Source: Verrucomicrobiia bacterium (GTDB lineage: Bacteria > Verrucomicrobiota > Verrucomicrobiia > Limisphaerales > DASXHY01). Taken from it: DNA of 64,000 nt. Numbering within the stretch: the stretch's first letter is position 1; every line of letters begins with the position of its first letter. Location: the NCBI GenBank assembly GCA_035552155.1, contig DASZLX010000035.1:1381-65380 (forward strand), in the 5' to 3' direction. This document shows, piece by piece, positions 10,159 through 20,750 of this stretch. Position numbers and translations under genes: made by a program. The notes beneath the pieces were generated by a model. The model was not told the DNA's origin and did not search any database. It saw only the letters and a program-made list of their open reading frames with translations.

Positions 10159-10313
10159 AAAATCCGAAGGCCGAAATCCGAAATCCGAAAAAAGTCCGAA
10201 ACCTGAAAGAAATCGGAAATCCGAATTCGGAAATCATAGTGCGACGCGGGCCCCGCATTCCTGAGCGTTCCGAATTCTGCGGATGGGGATTCGGATTTCG
10301 GCCTTCGGATTTT
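10159..10313. repeat. 155-nt palindromic element: 24-nt perfect inverted repeats flanking a TCCGAA(A)-rich core
   Basis: AAAATCCGAAGGCCGAAATCCGAA at 10159-10182 is the exact reverse complement of 10290-10313. The core has reiterated TCCGAAA units, the 12-nt palindrome TCCGAATTCGGA (10220-10231) and a second TCCGAATTC at 10269-10277. It sits in the divergent intergenic region between the GH63 gene and the gene at 10472. Confidence 0.85.
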
Positions 10314-10471
10314 TCCTTCCCTTCCCTTCTCCCTAATTTAAATCGAATAAACCTCCGCCCACACAGTCAAAGCAGAATGTCAAAAAAGACAGTTTTTAGG
10401 GTTGCAACGGACTGGGGCATTGCATCTAGTGGCAACGTCGAGGCTTTGAGGTAGTTTTAAGCATTGCTCCC

Positions 10472-12193
10472 ATGAACCGTTGGGCATGGTTTACAATTTG
10501 TGTTCTGCTCGGACTGCTGCTGCTTGCCGGCGGCTGGCTGATGCCCGCCCATTTGCGCGCCATCGAACCCTCCGTCCTCCAACGCGCGGGCCAAAACTCG
10601 TCCTCGCTGACCGGCCGCGGAATGGAACTCACCCACATCGGGCAATTCGGCGCGGCAGAATTGGTTTCGAGCGCCGCGACTCGCGCAAAACTTCCTTCCG
10701 CCGGAGAACTCGCCTCGTCCATTGAAACCGACGTCAAACGTCATCCCGAATGGAAAGCCTGGGGCGTCACCGGTCCGAGCTTGAGGCCTTACTACGGCTT
10801 GAGAGCTTATTTTTCCAAGGCTCCCGCGGGATCAGACGAATCGTCATTCACTGATTTTGTGGTGCGCGAACAAAACCGCACACGCGCGCTCGCTACGTTA
10901 AGCGCCTCCAAACAGCCCGCCGTTCAAGACTTGCTCCAAACCCGCACGCTGACCAACACCGTCACCTTTGCGCCCTCGCAGGCCGCAGGCGGAGAAGCGT
11001 TTGACACCGCAGTGGTCATCACCTCGCTCCTGCTGGAACAAAACCGGTTCACTCCCGCCCTCAACGATCAAATTCACTCCGCCGCTGTGCAGGCCAATCA
11101 TGGCAATCCCCAGCCGCTCGAACAAATCCTGCTCGATGTTTTATCGCTCGGCCAGCGCTTCAACTGGGGCCAGCTCGTCACCTTCGTTGGCAAAATGGAC
11201 AGCGCCGCGACGTTGCACGCCCAGGCTGATCTGGTCCGCAACGCCGGCGATCAATTGCCGGAATTGTTTTCCGCCGTGGAACTTTCGGGCAATCCGAAAG
11301 GCGTGGCCGAATATTTAAAAACCTTTCCCAAAACCGGCATGAACGACCTCACGACGGCGCTCGCCTATAACGCCGGCGGCGTGCGGGAGCTCTTGCGGAG
11401 CAACCATCGGATTTACACGTCGCCCTGGCGGCAGACGGCGTCGGAATACGAGCCGTTCGCGGGGGCGATATCGCTCGGCGCGGATTATAGCTGGCGAATG
11501 CCGGGATTTGCGCTGATATTGAAGTGGATTTTGTATTTTTGCGGCGGCCTTTTGCTCGCCCTAGCCCTGCATTTTGGCAAACCACCTGCTTCCAGTCTGG
11601 AAGCGCCATTGCAGGTTCGGGGGTTCCACGTCGCCCGCGAGATTTTGTTTGCGCTGGGTTTTCTGCTGGTCGTGCTGCTCGTGAGTGAGCCGTTTCTCGC
11701 TCAGGAAAGCCCGGCGGCGGCATTGCCGTTTCGATTGCGCGTGCCCACGGTGGGCGCCGCGGTCCTGTCAGGAAGCACCAACAACAAAACGACATTTATG
11801 GATAAATCAAATTGGCTGCCGATGCTGCTGTTTTTTGTGCTGCAGGCATTGCTCTATGTAGCCTGCATCGTGAAACTCGCCGAAATCCAACGCCAGCGGG
11901 TCGGCCCCCGCGTGAAACTGAAACTCCTCAAGAACGAAGAGCATCTTTTCGACGGCGGCCTTTATCTGGGCTTCCTCGGCACCATCGTTTCGTTCATCGT
12001 TTATTCCGTGTACGCCAAGCAACAATTCAGCCTGATGGTCGCGTACTCCTCCACCTCGTTCGGCATCCTGTTCGTGTCCTTTTTCAAAATCTTCCACCTG
12101 CGCCCGGTCAGCCGGAAGCTGTTGTTGGAAGCGGAAGCTGAATTGCCGGTTGCCACCACTCCGGTCGTTGCCTCTTCACTCGCGACACCATGA
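10472..12193 (+). CDS. Polytopic membrane protein with C-terminal ExbB/TolQ/MotA-like channel helices (candidate motor stator A-subunit)
   Basis: 573 aa with about six hydrophobic helices (near residues 5-24, 344-366, 389-410, 448-470, 497-517 and 523-545) and a roughly 320-aa soluble region after helix 1. LYLGFLGTIVSF (nt 11960-11995) resembles the ExbB/TolQ/MotA motif P-L-L-G-L-L-G-T-V-x-G. AYSSTSFGILFV (nt 12041-12076) resembles the following A-L-x-T-T-x-x-G-L helix. The CDS call is strong. The functional call is motif-level only. Confidence 0.5.
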   Translation: MNRWAWFTICVLLGLLLLAGGWLMPAHLRAIEPSVLQRAGQNSSSLTGRGMELTHIGQFGAAELVSSAATRAKLPSAGELASSIETDVKRHPEWKAWGVTGPSLRPYYGLRAYFSKAPAGSDESSFTDFVVREQNRTRALATLSASKQPAVQDLLQTRTLTNTVTFAPSQAAGGEAFDTAVVITSLLLEQNRFTPALNDQIHSAAVQANHGNPQPLEQILLDVLSLGQRFNWGQLVTFVGKMDSAATLHAQADLVRNAGDQLPELFSAVELSGNPKGVAEYLKTFPKTGMNDLTTALAYNAGGVRELLRSNHRIYTSPWRQTASEYEPFAGAISLGADYSWRMPGFALILKWILYFCGGLLLALALHFGKPPASSLEAPLQVRGFHVAREILFALGFLLVVLLVSEPFLAQESPAAALPFRLRVPTVGAAVLSGSTNNKTTFMDKSNWLPMLLFFVLQALLYVACIVKLAEIQRQRVGPRVKLKLLKNEEHLFDGGLYLGFLGTIVSFIVYSVYAKQQFSLMVAYSSTSFGILFVSFFKIFHLRPVSRKLLLEAEAELPVATTPVVASSLATP

Positions 12194-13614
12194 ATCGCAG
12201 CATCCTGATCGTCATCTGCGACTTCCTGCTCGTCAGTCTGTTGATTTTTTCGACCCCGGACCCGAGCAAGGTGATGGGCAATAACGGCGACACCGCCGCG
12301 CCCACGGCCGTCGCCACGAACGCCCCCGCTGCCAGCGCCGGCAAGGACCTCGCTGCCGTCATGCGCACCGCCCTGACCGAGGAACAACAGAAGCGCGAGC
12401 AACTGCAAGGCGAATTGGAGAAAACCCGCCAGGCAGCCGCGCAACAACAATCGCAATTGAGCGAAAATGAAAAACGCGCGCAGGCCCTCCAACAGGAGCA
12501 GACGAATCTCAAGGAGCAATACGCCGCCGCCCAGACAAATATCGGCGCGTTGAACCAACAATTAAACGCCCGCTCCACCGAAGCGACGCTTTCGAAGGAG
12601 CAACTCGCCGCCTTGCAGGCCGACATGCAGAAACAGGAGGACCAGGCCGCGGCGCTCAAGAAACAACTCGCTGACTTGGAAAAAGCCAACCAGGCCGCCG
12701 TCGCCGACCGCGAGCGATTGACTAATCAGCTCCAAATGGCCGACCTCGAGCGACGCCAGGCCGCCGAGCAGGCCGCCCAGGCGCAGGAGCAGGTGCAATA
12801 TGAGCGCCAGGAAAAAGCGCGCATCGAACAACAGGCCGCCAAGCTCGCCGAAGGCGTGAAATCCCTGGCCACCAATTCCAGCGCGCTCGCCCAGGAAATT
12901 CGCGAGAACCGCCCGCTCGCCTCCAATACGATTTTCAACGATTTCGTCACCAATGCGGTGGACGTCCAATTCACCGCCACCCGCCCCGGCTTCTTCGGTG
13001 GCGATGCGACCAAAGAAAAGGTCACCAAAACCGTCCTCGTCACCGACGGCACGAATACCTTCGCCATGTGCCATGTGCAGGACACGCCCCTGACCTTCTG
13101 GGTTCCTGCGACCGACTGGGATGGTCTGACCGGCACCTTGCGGCACGATGGCAGCCAGATTTCTCTGGGTTCGCTGTCCTTCTCGCAGCCCGATCCGCGC
13201 GTGGTCATGTTGCCCATCAAACCCACCGACGCGAGCCGGCTCGGCACCAAAATTTATCACGTCTCGCCGGACCCGTTCAAATTTCAGGACGCCGTGCTCG
13301 TGGGCGCGCAGGAAGGTTATTATGGCGAGTGCAAATTCCAGATTGATGTGAAAACGCCCGATTACGTGAAACTGGACCGCAGTCTCATCAAAGGATTGTT
13401 TGGCAAATTCAATCCTTCACGCGGCGATTTGGTTTTCAGCCGCACTGGCGAATTGCTCGGCATCATGGCCAACGACACTTACTGCTTGGTGATTCGCAAG
13501 TACGATTCGAACGCCACCTTCCAACTCGGCCAAAGCATGCGTTCCCAATATCTCGCCGACACACTCTCGCGCTTTTACGTGTCAATCCAGAGATTGCCCC
13601 CCGAATTGCAGTAG
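12190..13614 (+). CDS. ExbD/TolR-like Asp-containing TM anchor, long coiled coil and C-terminal globular domain (candidate motor B-subunit)
   Basis: 474 aa. The start overlaps the upstream stop (ATGA at 12190-12193). The N-terminus MNRSILIVICDFLLVSLLIF has an Asp (D11, nt 12220-12222) inside the only TM helix, as in ExbD/TolR/MotB. Residues about 60-235 are Q/E/A/K-rich heptad-like sequence. The C-terminal domain of about 230 aa carries AMCHV and NPSRGDLVFSRTGELLGIM motifs. Confidence 0.5.
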   Translation: MNRSILIVICDFLLVSLLIFSTPDPSKVMGNNGDTAAPTAVATNAPAASAGKDLAAVMRTALTEEQQKREQLQGELEKTRQAAAQQQSQLSENEKRAQALQQEQTNLKEQYAAAQTNIGALNQQLNARSTEATLSKEQLAALQADMQKQEDQAAALKKQLADLEKANQAAVADRERLTNQLQMADLERRQAAEQAAQAQEQVQYERQEKARIEQQAAKLAEGVKSLATNSSALAQEIRENRPLASNTIFNDFVTNAVDVQFTATRPGFFGGDATKEKVTKTVLVTDGTNTFAMCHVQDTPLTFWVPATDWDGLTGTLRHDGSQISLGSLSFSQPDPRVVMLPIKPTDASRLGTKIYHVSPDPFKFQDAVLVGAQEGYYGECKFQIDVKTPDYVKLDRSLIKGLFGKFNPSRGDLVFSRTGELLGIMANDTYCLVIRKYDSNATFQLGQSMRSQYLADTLSRFYVSIQRLPPELQ

Positions 13615-13663
13615 CCGCAGACGCGAGTCTCCGCTGATTAATTCCTGGTGCACTTGAACTGGC

Positions 13664-13686
13664 GGAGCGCCGACTTGCAGTCGGCT
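13664..13686. repeat. REP-like hairpin, family A (GGAGCGCCGACTTGCAGTCGGCT)
   Basis: The 23-nt sequence is identical to 19995-20017. Stem GCCGACT/AGTCGGC with loop TGC. It lies between convergent genes. Confidence 0.8.
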
Positions 13687-13770
13687 TCGGGCTAAGAAAA
13701 TGCCCCGCGTCATTTCTCCTGGCGCGGGAACAATCTCCGTCCCTTATCGGATGGCTGCGAAGTTGGAAAT

Positions 13771-15171
13771 TTATTTCACAGCCACGCGTCCACACTGGTT
13801 GTCTTCGTAACCATCCGCCTTCGCCGGCCAGGCGCAGATAAAAAGCAGCGTGCCAGCCAGCGCGCAGCCAATCAATCCCGCGAAGCCCGCGTTCCAGCCG
13901 TAATGCTGGACTACGAATCCCAGGCCCCAGCCGGAAAGCGTCGTGCTGGCATAGCCGAAAATGCTCGTCAACCCGACGGCCGTCGCCGCCGCACGCTTCG
14001 TGGCCAGGTTGGCGCAGGCAATGGCCAGTAGGCATTGCGGGCCGTAAACAAAAAATCCTGTCGCGCACAACAGGCCGGTGATGAGCAACTGTGACTGCGT
14101 CTGGATTTTCCAGAACAGCAGGACCGAAACACACGCCAGCGCCATATAGACCACACACGCCCTCGCGGCGCGCCCACCTAGAAACCGGTCGGTCAACCAG
14201 CCGCCAAACAGCGCGCCAATGAGGCCGAATGCCTCAAAACATGAAAGCATGACCGCGGCGTTGAATATCGGGATGTGTTTGGCCTCGGTCAGCATCGTCG
14301 GACCCCAGTCGAAAACCGCGTAACGAATCGTATAAACAAAGAAATTAGCCATGGAAAGCAGCCAGATGTATTTGTTGCAGAACACCTGTTTGAACACGAA
14401 CGCCTTGAAATCCTCGTGCGATTTTTTGTCGGGCATTTCGACATGCGTTCCCTCGAACTCCGGCAGGCCGACCGATGGGGGTGTGTCCGGCAGCATGAAC
14501 CAAAGAACAACCGCGACGATCACGGCCAGCGCCGCCGGCACAAAAAAGCAAAGCCGCCAGTTCGCCGCAAACATCTTTCCGCTTACCAGAAACCCGCACA
14601 GCAGCAGGACGCCGATGCTCCCGATATTGTGCGAGGAATTCCAGATCGAGAATTTGGTCGCCAGTTGTTTCGGCGGAAACCAATTCGCGATCAGCCGCGC
14701 GCACGGCGGAAATCCCATTCCCTGAAACCACCCGTTCGCCATCCAGATCAGCCCAAACGCCACCACGCTCGCACTGGACCCGAAAGCCACGTTGAGAAGT
14801 GCCGACGCCATCAGCGCCACTGCCATGAACACCCGCGCGTTGGATCGGTCGGCGAGAAAACCATTCAGAAATTTTGAAACGCCGTAAATCACCCCGTGCA
14901 GCGTAAGAAAGAGCCCGAAGTTCACTTTCGTAATGCCCAGTTCCTTGCCCATCAACGGTATTGCGATGCCGAGATTTTTCCGCACGAAATAAAACGTCGC
15001 GTAGCCGACGATGGAGAAAAAGAGGACACGCGTCTGCCACACCCGATACGTTGCCTCAATTTTTGCGGAATCGGTCAGAGCGGCGGCAGGCGGCGCCGGC
15101 CGGAAAATATCGAGGAGACCCTTGCCGGAGGCGATCGGAGGAGGATTCTGAATAACCGGTTCGGCACTCAT
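13771..15171 (-). CDS. MFS transporter, organophosphate:Pi antiporter family (GlpT/UhpC-like)
   Basis: 466 aa with 12 predicted TM helices. The N-terminal signature WQTRVLFFSIVGYATFYFVRKNLGIAIPLM and FLADRSNAR is typical of glycerol-3-phosphate/hexose-phosphate antiporters. Confidence 0.8.
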   Translation of the reverse strand: MSAEPVIQNPPPIASGKGLLDIFRPAPPAAALTDSAKIEATYRVWQTRVLFFSIVGYATFYFVRKNLGIAIPLMGKELGITKVNFGLFLTLHGVIYGVSKFLNGFLADRSNARVFMAVALMASALLNVAFGSSASVVAFGLIWMANGWFQGMGFPPCARLIANWFPPKQLATKFSIWNSSHNIGSIGVLLLCGFLVSGKMFAANWRLCFFVPAALAVIVAVVLWFMLPDTPPSVGLPEFEGTHVEMPDKKSHEDFKAFVFKQVFCNKYIWLLSMANFFVYTIRYAVFDWGPTMLTEAKHIPIFNAAVMLSCFEAFGLIGALFGGWLTDRFLGGRAARACVVYMALACVSVLLFWKIQTQSQLLITGLLCATGFFVYGPQCLLAIACANLATKRAAATAVGLTSIFGYASTTLSGWGLGFVVQHYGWNAGFAGLIGCALAGTLLFICAWPAKADGYEDNQCGRVAVK

Positions 15172-15264
15172 GCGGTGCTAAAACTTTTGTGATTTCGATG
15201 CTCGGTGCAGCCGCATCGATTTGCAAACCTATTCTTGCCCCCGGACGGATTCCAGCCACTCCAA

Positions 15265-15807
15265 TCAAGATTCCACGACACATCGCTCCGGATACGCGCG
15301 CGCGTAAGTAATCCAATAGTGCATCAGCCCATGATCTCGCCATTGCTCGAGCAATCTCCACATGCGTTCGGTGAGCGGGTCGATTTGTTTCTGGATCCCG
15401 GTTTCCTCGAGCCAATCGTGGGCGTCCGCTGAATCGGAGCTTTCATTTTGCGCGAAGGTTTGAAGTTCATCCCACCTCGGCCTCAAAATCGCAAATGCGG
15501 CATCAAAAAGTTCCGCCGCTTCGATCGCTCCCAATTCCCGCAGGCCGTTGCTGGTTTCCGCGCACAAATCCAAATCATGCCAATTTACAAAATGCCACGC
15601 CAGATCATCCAGGGCCATGCTGATGTCCAGTTCGAAAGTGGCAGCCATGGCGCGCATTCCGCGAGGGGCGTTCTGGAGTCGCGAAAGAAAAACGACATCG
15701 TCTCGGCGTGAGGCCGGCGGAAACCACTCATTCAATTCCCCCTGCAGGAGCCGCAGAATATCCTCGTCCAACCGTGCTTTACGAAGTTGGGCAATCGTCA
15801 ACGCCAT
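15265..15807 (-). CDS. Hypothetical cytoplasmic protein (weak DUF4375/DMP19-like resemblance)
   Basis: 180-aa acidic ORF with normal codon usage. The segment GMRAMAATFELDISMALDDLAWHFVNW...GLRELGAIEAAELFDAA loosely recalls the DUF4375 pattern. The assignment is tentative. Confidence 0.5.
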   Translation of the reverse strand: MALTIAQLRKARLDEDILRLLQGELNEWFPPASRRDDVVFLSRLQNAPRGMRAMAATFELDISMALDDLAWHFVNWHDLDLCAETSNGLRELGAIEAAELFDAAFAILRPRWDELQTFAQNESSDSADAHDWLEETGIQKQIDPLTERMWRLLEQWRDHGLMHYWITYARAYPERCVVES

Positions 15808-15824
15808 CTGAGCCGCGTTCGCGG

Positions 15825-16844
15825 TTAAAACAACTTCTGCTGGTTTCCCGATGCCGGTTTCAGCCCCAGCTTCTTGTAACTTAACTCCGTCGCCACCCTG
15901 CCCTGCGCCGTGCGCTGGAGATAACCCTCCATGATCAAATACGGTTCATAAACTTCTTCCAGTGTGTCCGGTTCCTCACCCACCGCCACCGCCAGCGAAC
16001 TCACGCCCACCGGGCCGCCGCCGAATTTCACAATCACCGTTTCCAAAATCCGCTTGTCCATCTCATCCAGGCCGTTCTCGTCAATTTCCAGCATCGCCAG
16101 CGCCTTGTCGGCAATGGCCGCGGTAATCCGCCCTTCGCCCTTGACCTGCGCAAAGTCCCGCACGCGCCGCAAAAGATTATTCGAAATACGCGGCGTACCC
16201 CGGCTGCGTCGCGCAATTTCCCGCGCGCCGCGTTCTTCGATCTCGATGTCCAACAACCGCGCCGAACGAATCACGATTTTTTCCAACTGCTCCGAGTGAT
16301 AATAGTCCAGCCGCTCGCGAATCGGAAACCGCGTCAGCAACGGCGCCGTGAGCAACCCACTCCGCGTGGTCGCGCCAATCAGCGTGAACCGCGGCAAATT
16401 CAGCCGCACACTCCGCGCGTTCGGCCCCTGGTCGATGATGATGTCCAATTTAAAATCCTCCATCGCCGGATAAAGATATTCCTCGATGGTCTTTTGCAGG
16501 CGATGGATTTCATCGATGAACAGCACGTCGCCCTCCTCCAAATTCGTCAAAAGCCCGGCCAGGTCGGCGGCCTTTTCGATGGTCGGGCCGCTGGTGCTTT
16601 TCATATTGGCGCCCATCGACTTGGCGATGATGTTCGCAATCGTCGTTTTGCCCAGACCGGGCGGCCCGCTCAGCAGCAGGTGATCGATGGCCTCGCCGCG
16701 TTGTTTGGCGGCGGCGACGGTGATTTCCAGCCGTTCCTTGACCTTGGCCTGCCCCGTGAAATCGGAAAACAGGGAGGGCCGCAGGGTCATTTCCAGCGCG
16801 GCATCGGGCTTGGTCAAGACATCGGAAATCGGTCGCTCAGGCAT
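15825..16844 (-). CDS. ruvB: Holliday junction branch migration DNA helicase RuvB
   Basis: Walker A motif [40 protein letters not shown] and the C-terminal winged-helix region. The likely start is MPERPISD at 16844. The ORF stays open up to 16928. Confidence 0.95.
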   Translation of the reverse strand: MPERPISDVLTKPDAALEMTLRPSLFSDFTGQAKVKERLEITVAAAKQRGEAIDHLLLSGPPGLGKTTIANIIAKSMGANMKSTSGPTIEKAADLAGLLTNLEEGDVLFIDEIHRLQKTIEEYLYPAMEDFKLDIIIDQGPNARSVRLNLPRFTLIGATTRSGLLTAPLLTRFPIRERLDYYHSEQLEKIVIRSARLLDIEIEERGAREIARRSRGTPRISNNLLRRVRDFAQVKGEGRITAAIADKALAMLEIDENGLDEMDKRILETVIVKFGGGPVGVSSLAVAVGEEPDTLEEVYEPYLIMEGYLQRTAQGRVATELSYKKLGLKPASGNQQKLF

Positions 16845-17159
16845 CGCAGCCAAGATGGGGAAACACCCCGGAGCCGACAAGGGAAATTCCTGCAATGCTT
16901 TGCCGCGTGGACCCAAAACGGGGCGCAAAATTACGAATTGACGCTGGCCAGTCCTTTAACGAAACTGCCCGCGTTGCCGAAACCTTTATCTTCCGAAGGA
17001 ATCTCGCAGTATTGCAACGGGACAGCGTCCTGCCCCCAATGCGGTTTGCGATCGGGCATCGACCAAAATCGCCGGCATTATTATACAATATCAGGTGAGA
17101 ATCTGGCTAAAAAGGGTGGCAGTGAAACATGCCTTTGCTAGTCTCGCCCCGCAAAATGT

Positions 17160-19712
<2,553 letters not shown>

Positions 19713-19724
19713 CAGTCGATCCTT

Positions 19725-19903
19725 TAGAGCATTGACGGAAAAGATGTAGCGATGAGCAGCGAGGATTTTTGGTTTTTGGCGAGGCTTCGGCGAAGGAGCA
19801 GGTTTGAAAAACCCTGTGACTGAGCCGAAACGACGCCAAAAATCAAAAAGACCGCTGTCCACCGATTCCGGCTCATCGCTACAGCTTTGATGGAAATGCT
19901 CTA
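19725..19903 (+). other. 179-nt long imperfect hairpin (structured RNA or MITE-like palindromic element)
   Basis: Nested complementary arms: TAGAGCATT (19725-33) / AATGCTCTA (19895-903); GTAGCGATGAGC (19746-57) / GCTCATCGCTAC (19871-82); TTTTTGGTTTTTGGCG (19766-81) / CGCCAAAAATCAAAAA (19834-49, one G:U); CTTCGGC / GCCGAAA near the apex. No ORF is present. Confidence 0.7.
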
Positions 19904-19908
19904 GACCG

Positions 19909-19943
19909 CCCTCCTGATGAAAATCAGGAGGGCTTTTTTATTT
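19909..19943 (+). terminator. Rho-independent terminator
   Basis: 10-bp stem CCCTCCTGAT / ATCAGGAGGG with a GAAA loop, followed by CTTTTTTATTT. Confidence 0.85.
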
Positions 19944-19994
19944 GAGAACGACCGCAAATCCTCTTTGGTAGGGCCGCGCATTGCGCCCCGAACC

Positions 19995-20017
19995 GGAGCG
20001 CCGACTTGCAGTCGGCT
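19995..20017. repeat. REP-like hairpin, family A (second copy)
   Basis: Identical to 13664-13686. It is preceded by GTAGGGCCGCGCATTGCGCCCC (19968-19989), a second GC-rich palindromic motif. Confidence 0.8.
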
Positions 20018-20090
20018 TACCCCTCGAAAACTCAACCAATCAAGTCAGACCAAGCCGGTTACAAATCCGCGCTCCCTAACGGTCAGGTCG

Positions 20091-20576
20091 TTACAACTTC
20101 GCTTCCGCATCCTTAATCAGCGCCAGCGCCTTCCTCGAACTATCCGCCGTGAGCAAATCCTGCCGCAATCTCGGGTCGCGCAACAAACGGCTCAGGCGCG
20201 CCAGCATCGACAGGTGTTCCGTGACCGTAGGCGCTACCAGCAGAAAGAATAATTTCGAAGGCACACCATCGATCGCGCCGAACGGAATGCCTTGGGCGCT
20301 CCGGCCAAAAACAATCACCGGCCGATCCACCAACCCCACCAGCGCATTACGCGCGTGCGGCAGAGCCACGCCATCGCCCACGCCCGTGCTGTGAAGTTGC
20401 TCGCGCTCGTGCAAGGCGCGCAGCAGCGTCTGCCGCGCCTCGGGCTGTTTCGCGATGGCGGCAATCTGGTTGACGAGTTCTTCGAGCACCGCCTCGCGGT
20501 CCGTGCTCTTCAATTCCATATTGACGCTCGCCGGCGACATCAACTGGCTCAGGACAATGGGTCCGGGATTTTTCAT
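20091..20576 (-). CDS. ptsN: PTS IIA-like nitrogen-regulatory protein (PtsN family)
   Basis: 161 aa. It has the phospho-His region EREQLHSTGVGDGVALPHAR and the typical IIA(Ntr/Fru) fold pattern (VIVFGRS..GIPFGAIDG.P..LFFLLV). Confidence 0.8.
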   Translation of the reverse strand: MKNPGPIVLSQLMSPASVNMELKSTDREAVLEELVNQIAAIAKQPEARQTLLRALHEREQLHSTGVGDGVALPHARNALVGLVDRPVIVFGRSAQGIPFGAIDGVPSKLFFLLVAPTVTEHLSMLARLSRLLRDPRLRQDLLTADSSRKALALIKDAEAKL

Positions 20577-20750
20577 AGCCGGGAGAGTTTATGCGCACCG
20601 GCCTTTGCGGGAAGGAAAATTTGCGGAGAAATGACCTTTCTGGAACGGCTTGCCAAATCGAAGCTCGCCGAACCGCGCGAATGAATCCATCCGCGTCCGC
20701 GACGCAGCGGCGCGACAGTCCTCGCCCGCCAACTTATAGCGAGCGAAGAC

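Noticed and set aside
10160-10240. Reiterated TCCGAAA units, considered as a possible CRISPR array or tandem-repeat locus.
   Set aside because: The units are only 6-7 nt long, irregularly spaced and have no spacer-sized unique segments. No cas genes are present. The region is better described as the core of a palindromic element.
10430-10445. Sigma-54-like GG-N10-GC spacing (TGGCAACGTCGAGGCT) upstream of the candidate motor operon.
   Set aside because: The -24 half is good (TGGCAA) but the -12 half (AGGCT) lacks the TTGC core. The site lies only about 27 nt from the ATG, and no enhancer-binding protein gene is nearby. It is too weak to call.
10472-13614. Considered whether the ExbB/ExbD-like pair is a Zorya (ZorAB) defence system, a Tol/Ton system or a GldLM/PorLM motor.
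   Set aside because: There are no ZorC/D-like genes, no TonB or TolA/B/Pal genes, and no gliding or T9SS partners nearby. The long coiled coil is on the B-like protein, not on the A-like protein as in ZorA. The A-like protein has about six helices and a large N-terminal head, unlike GldL. It is therefore kept as an unclassified candidate rather than assigned to these systems.
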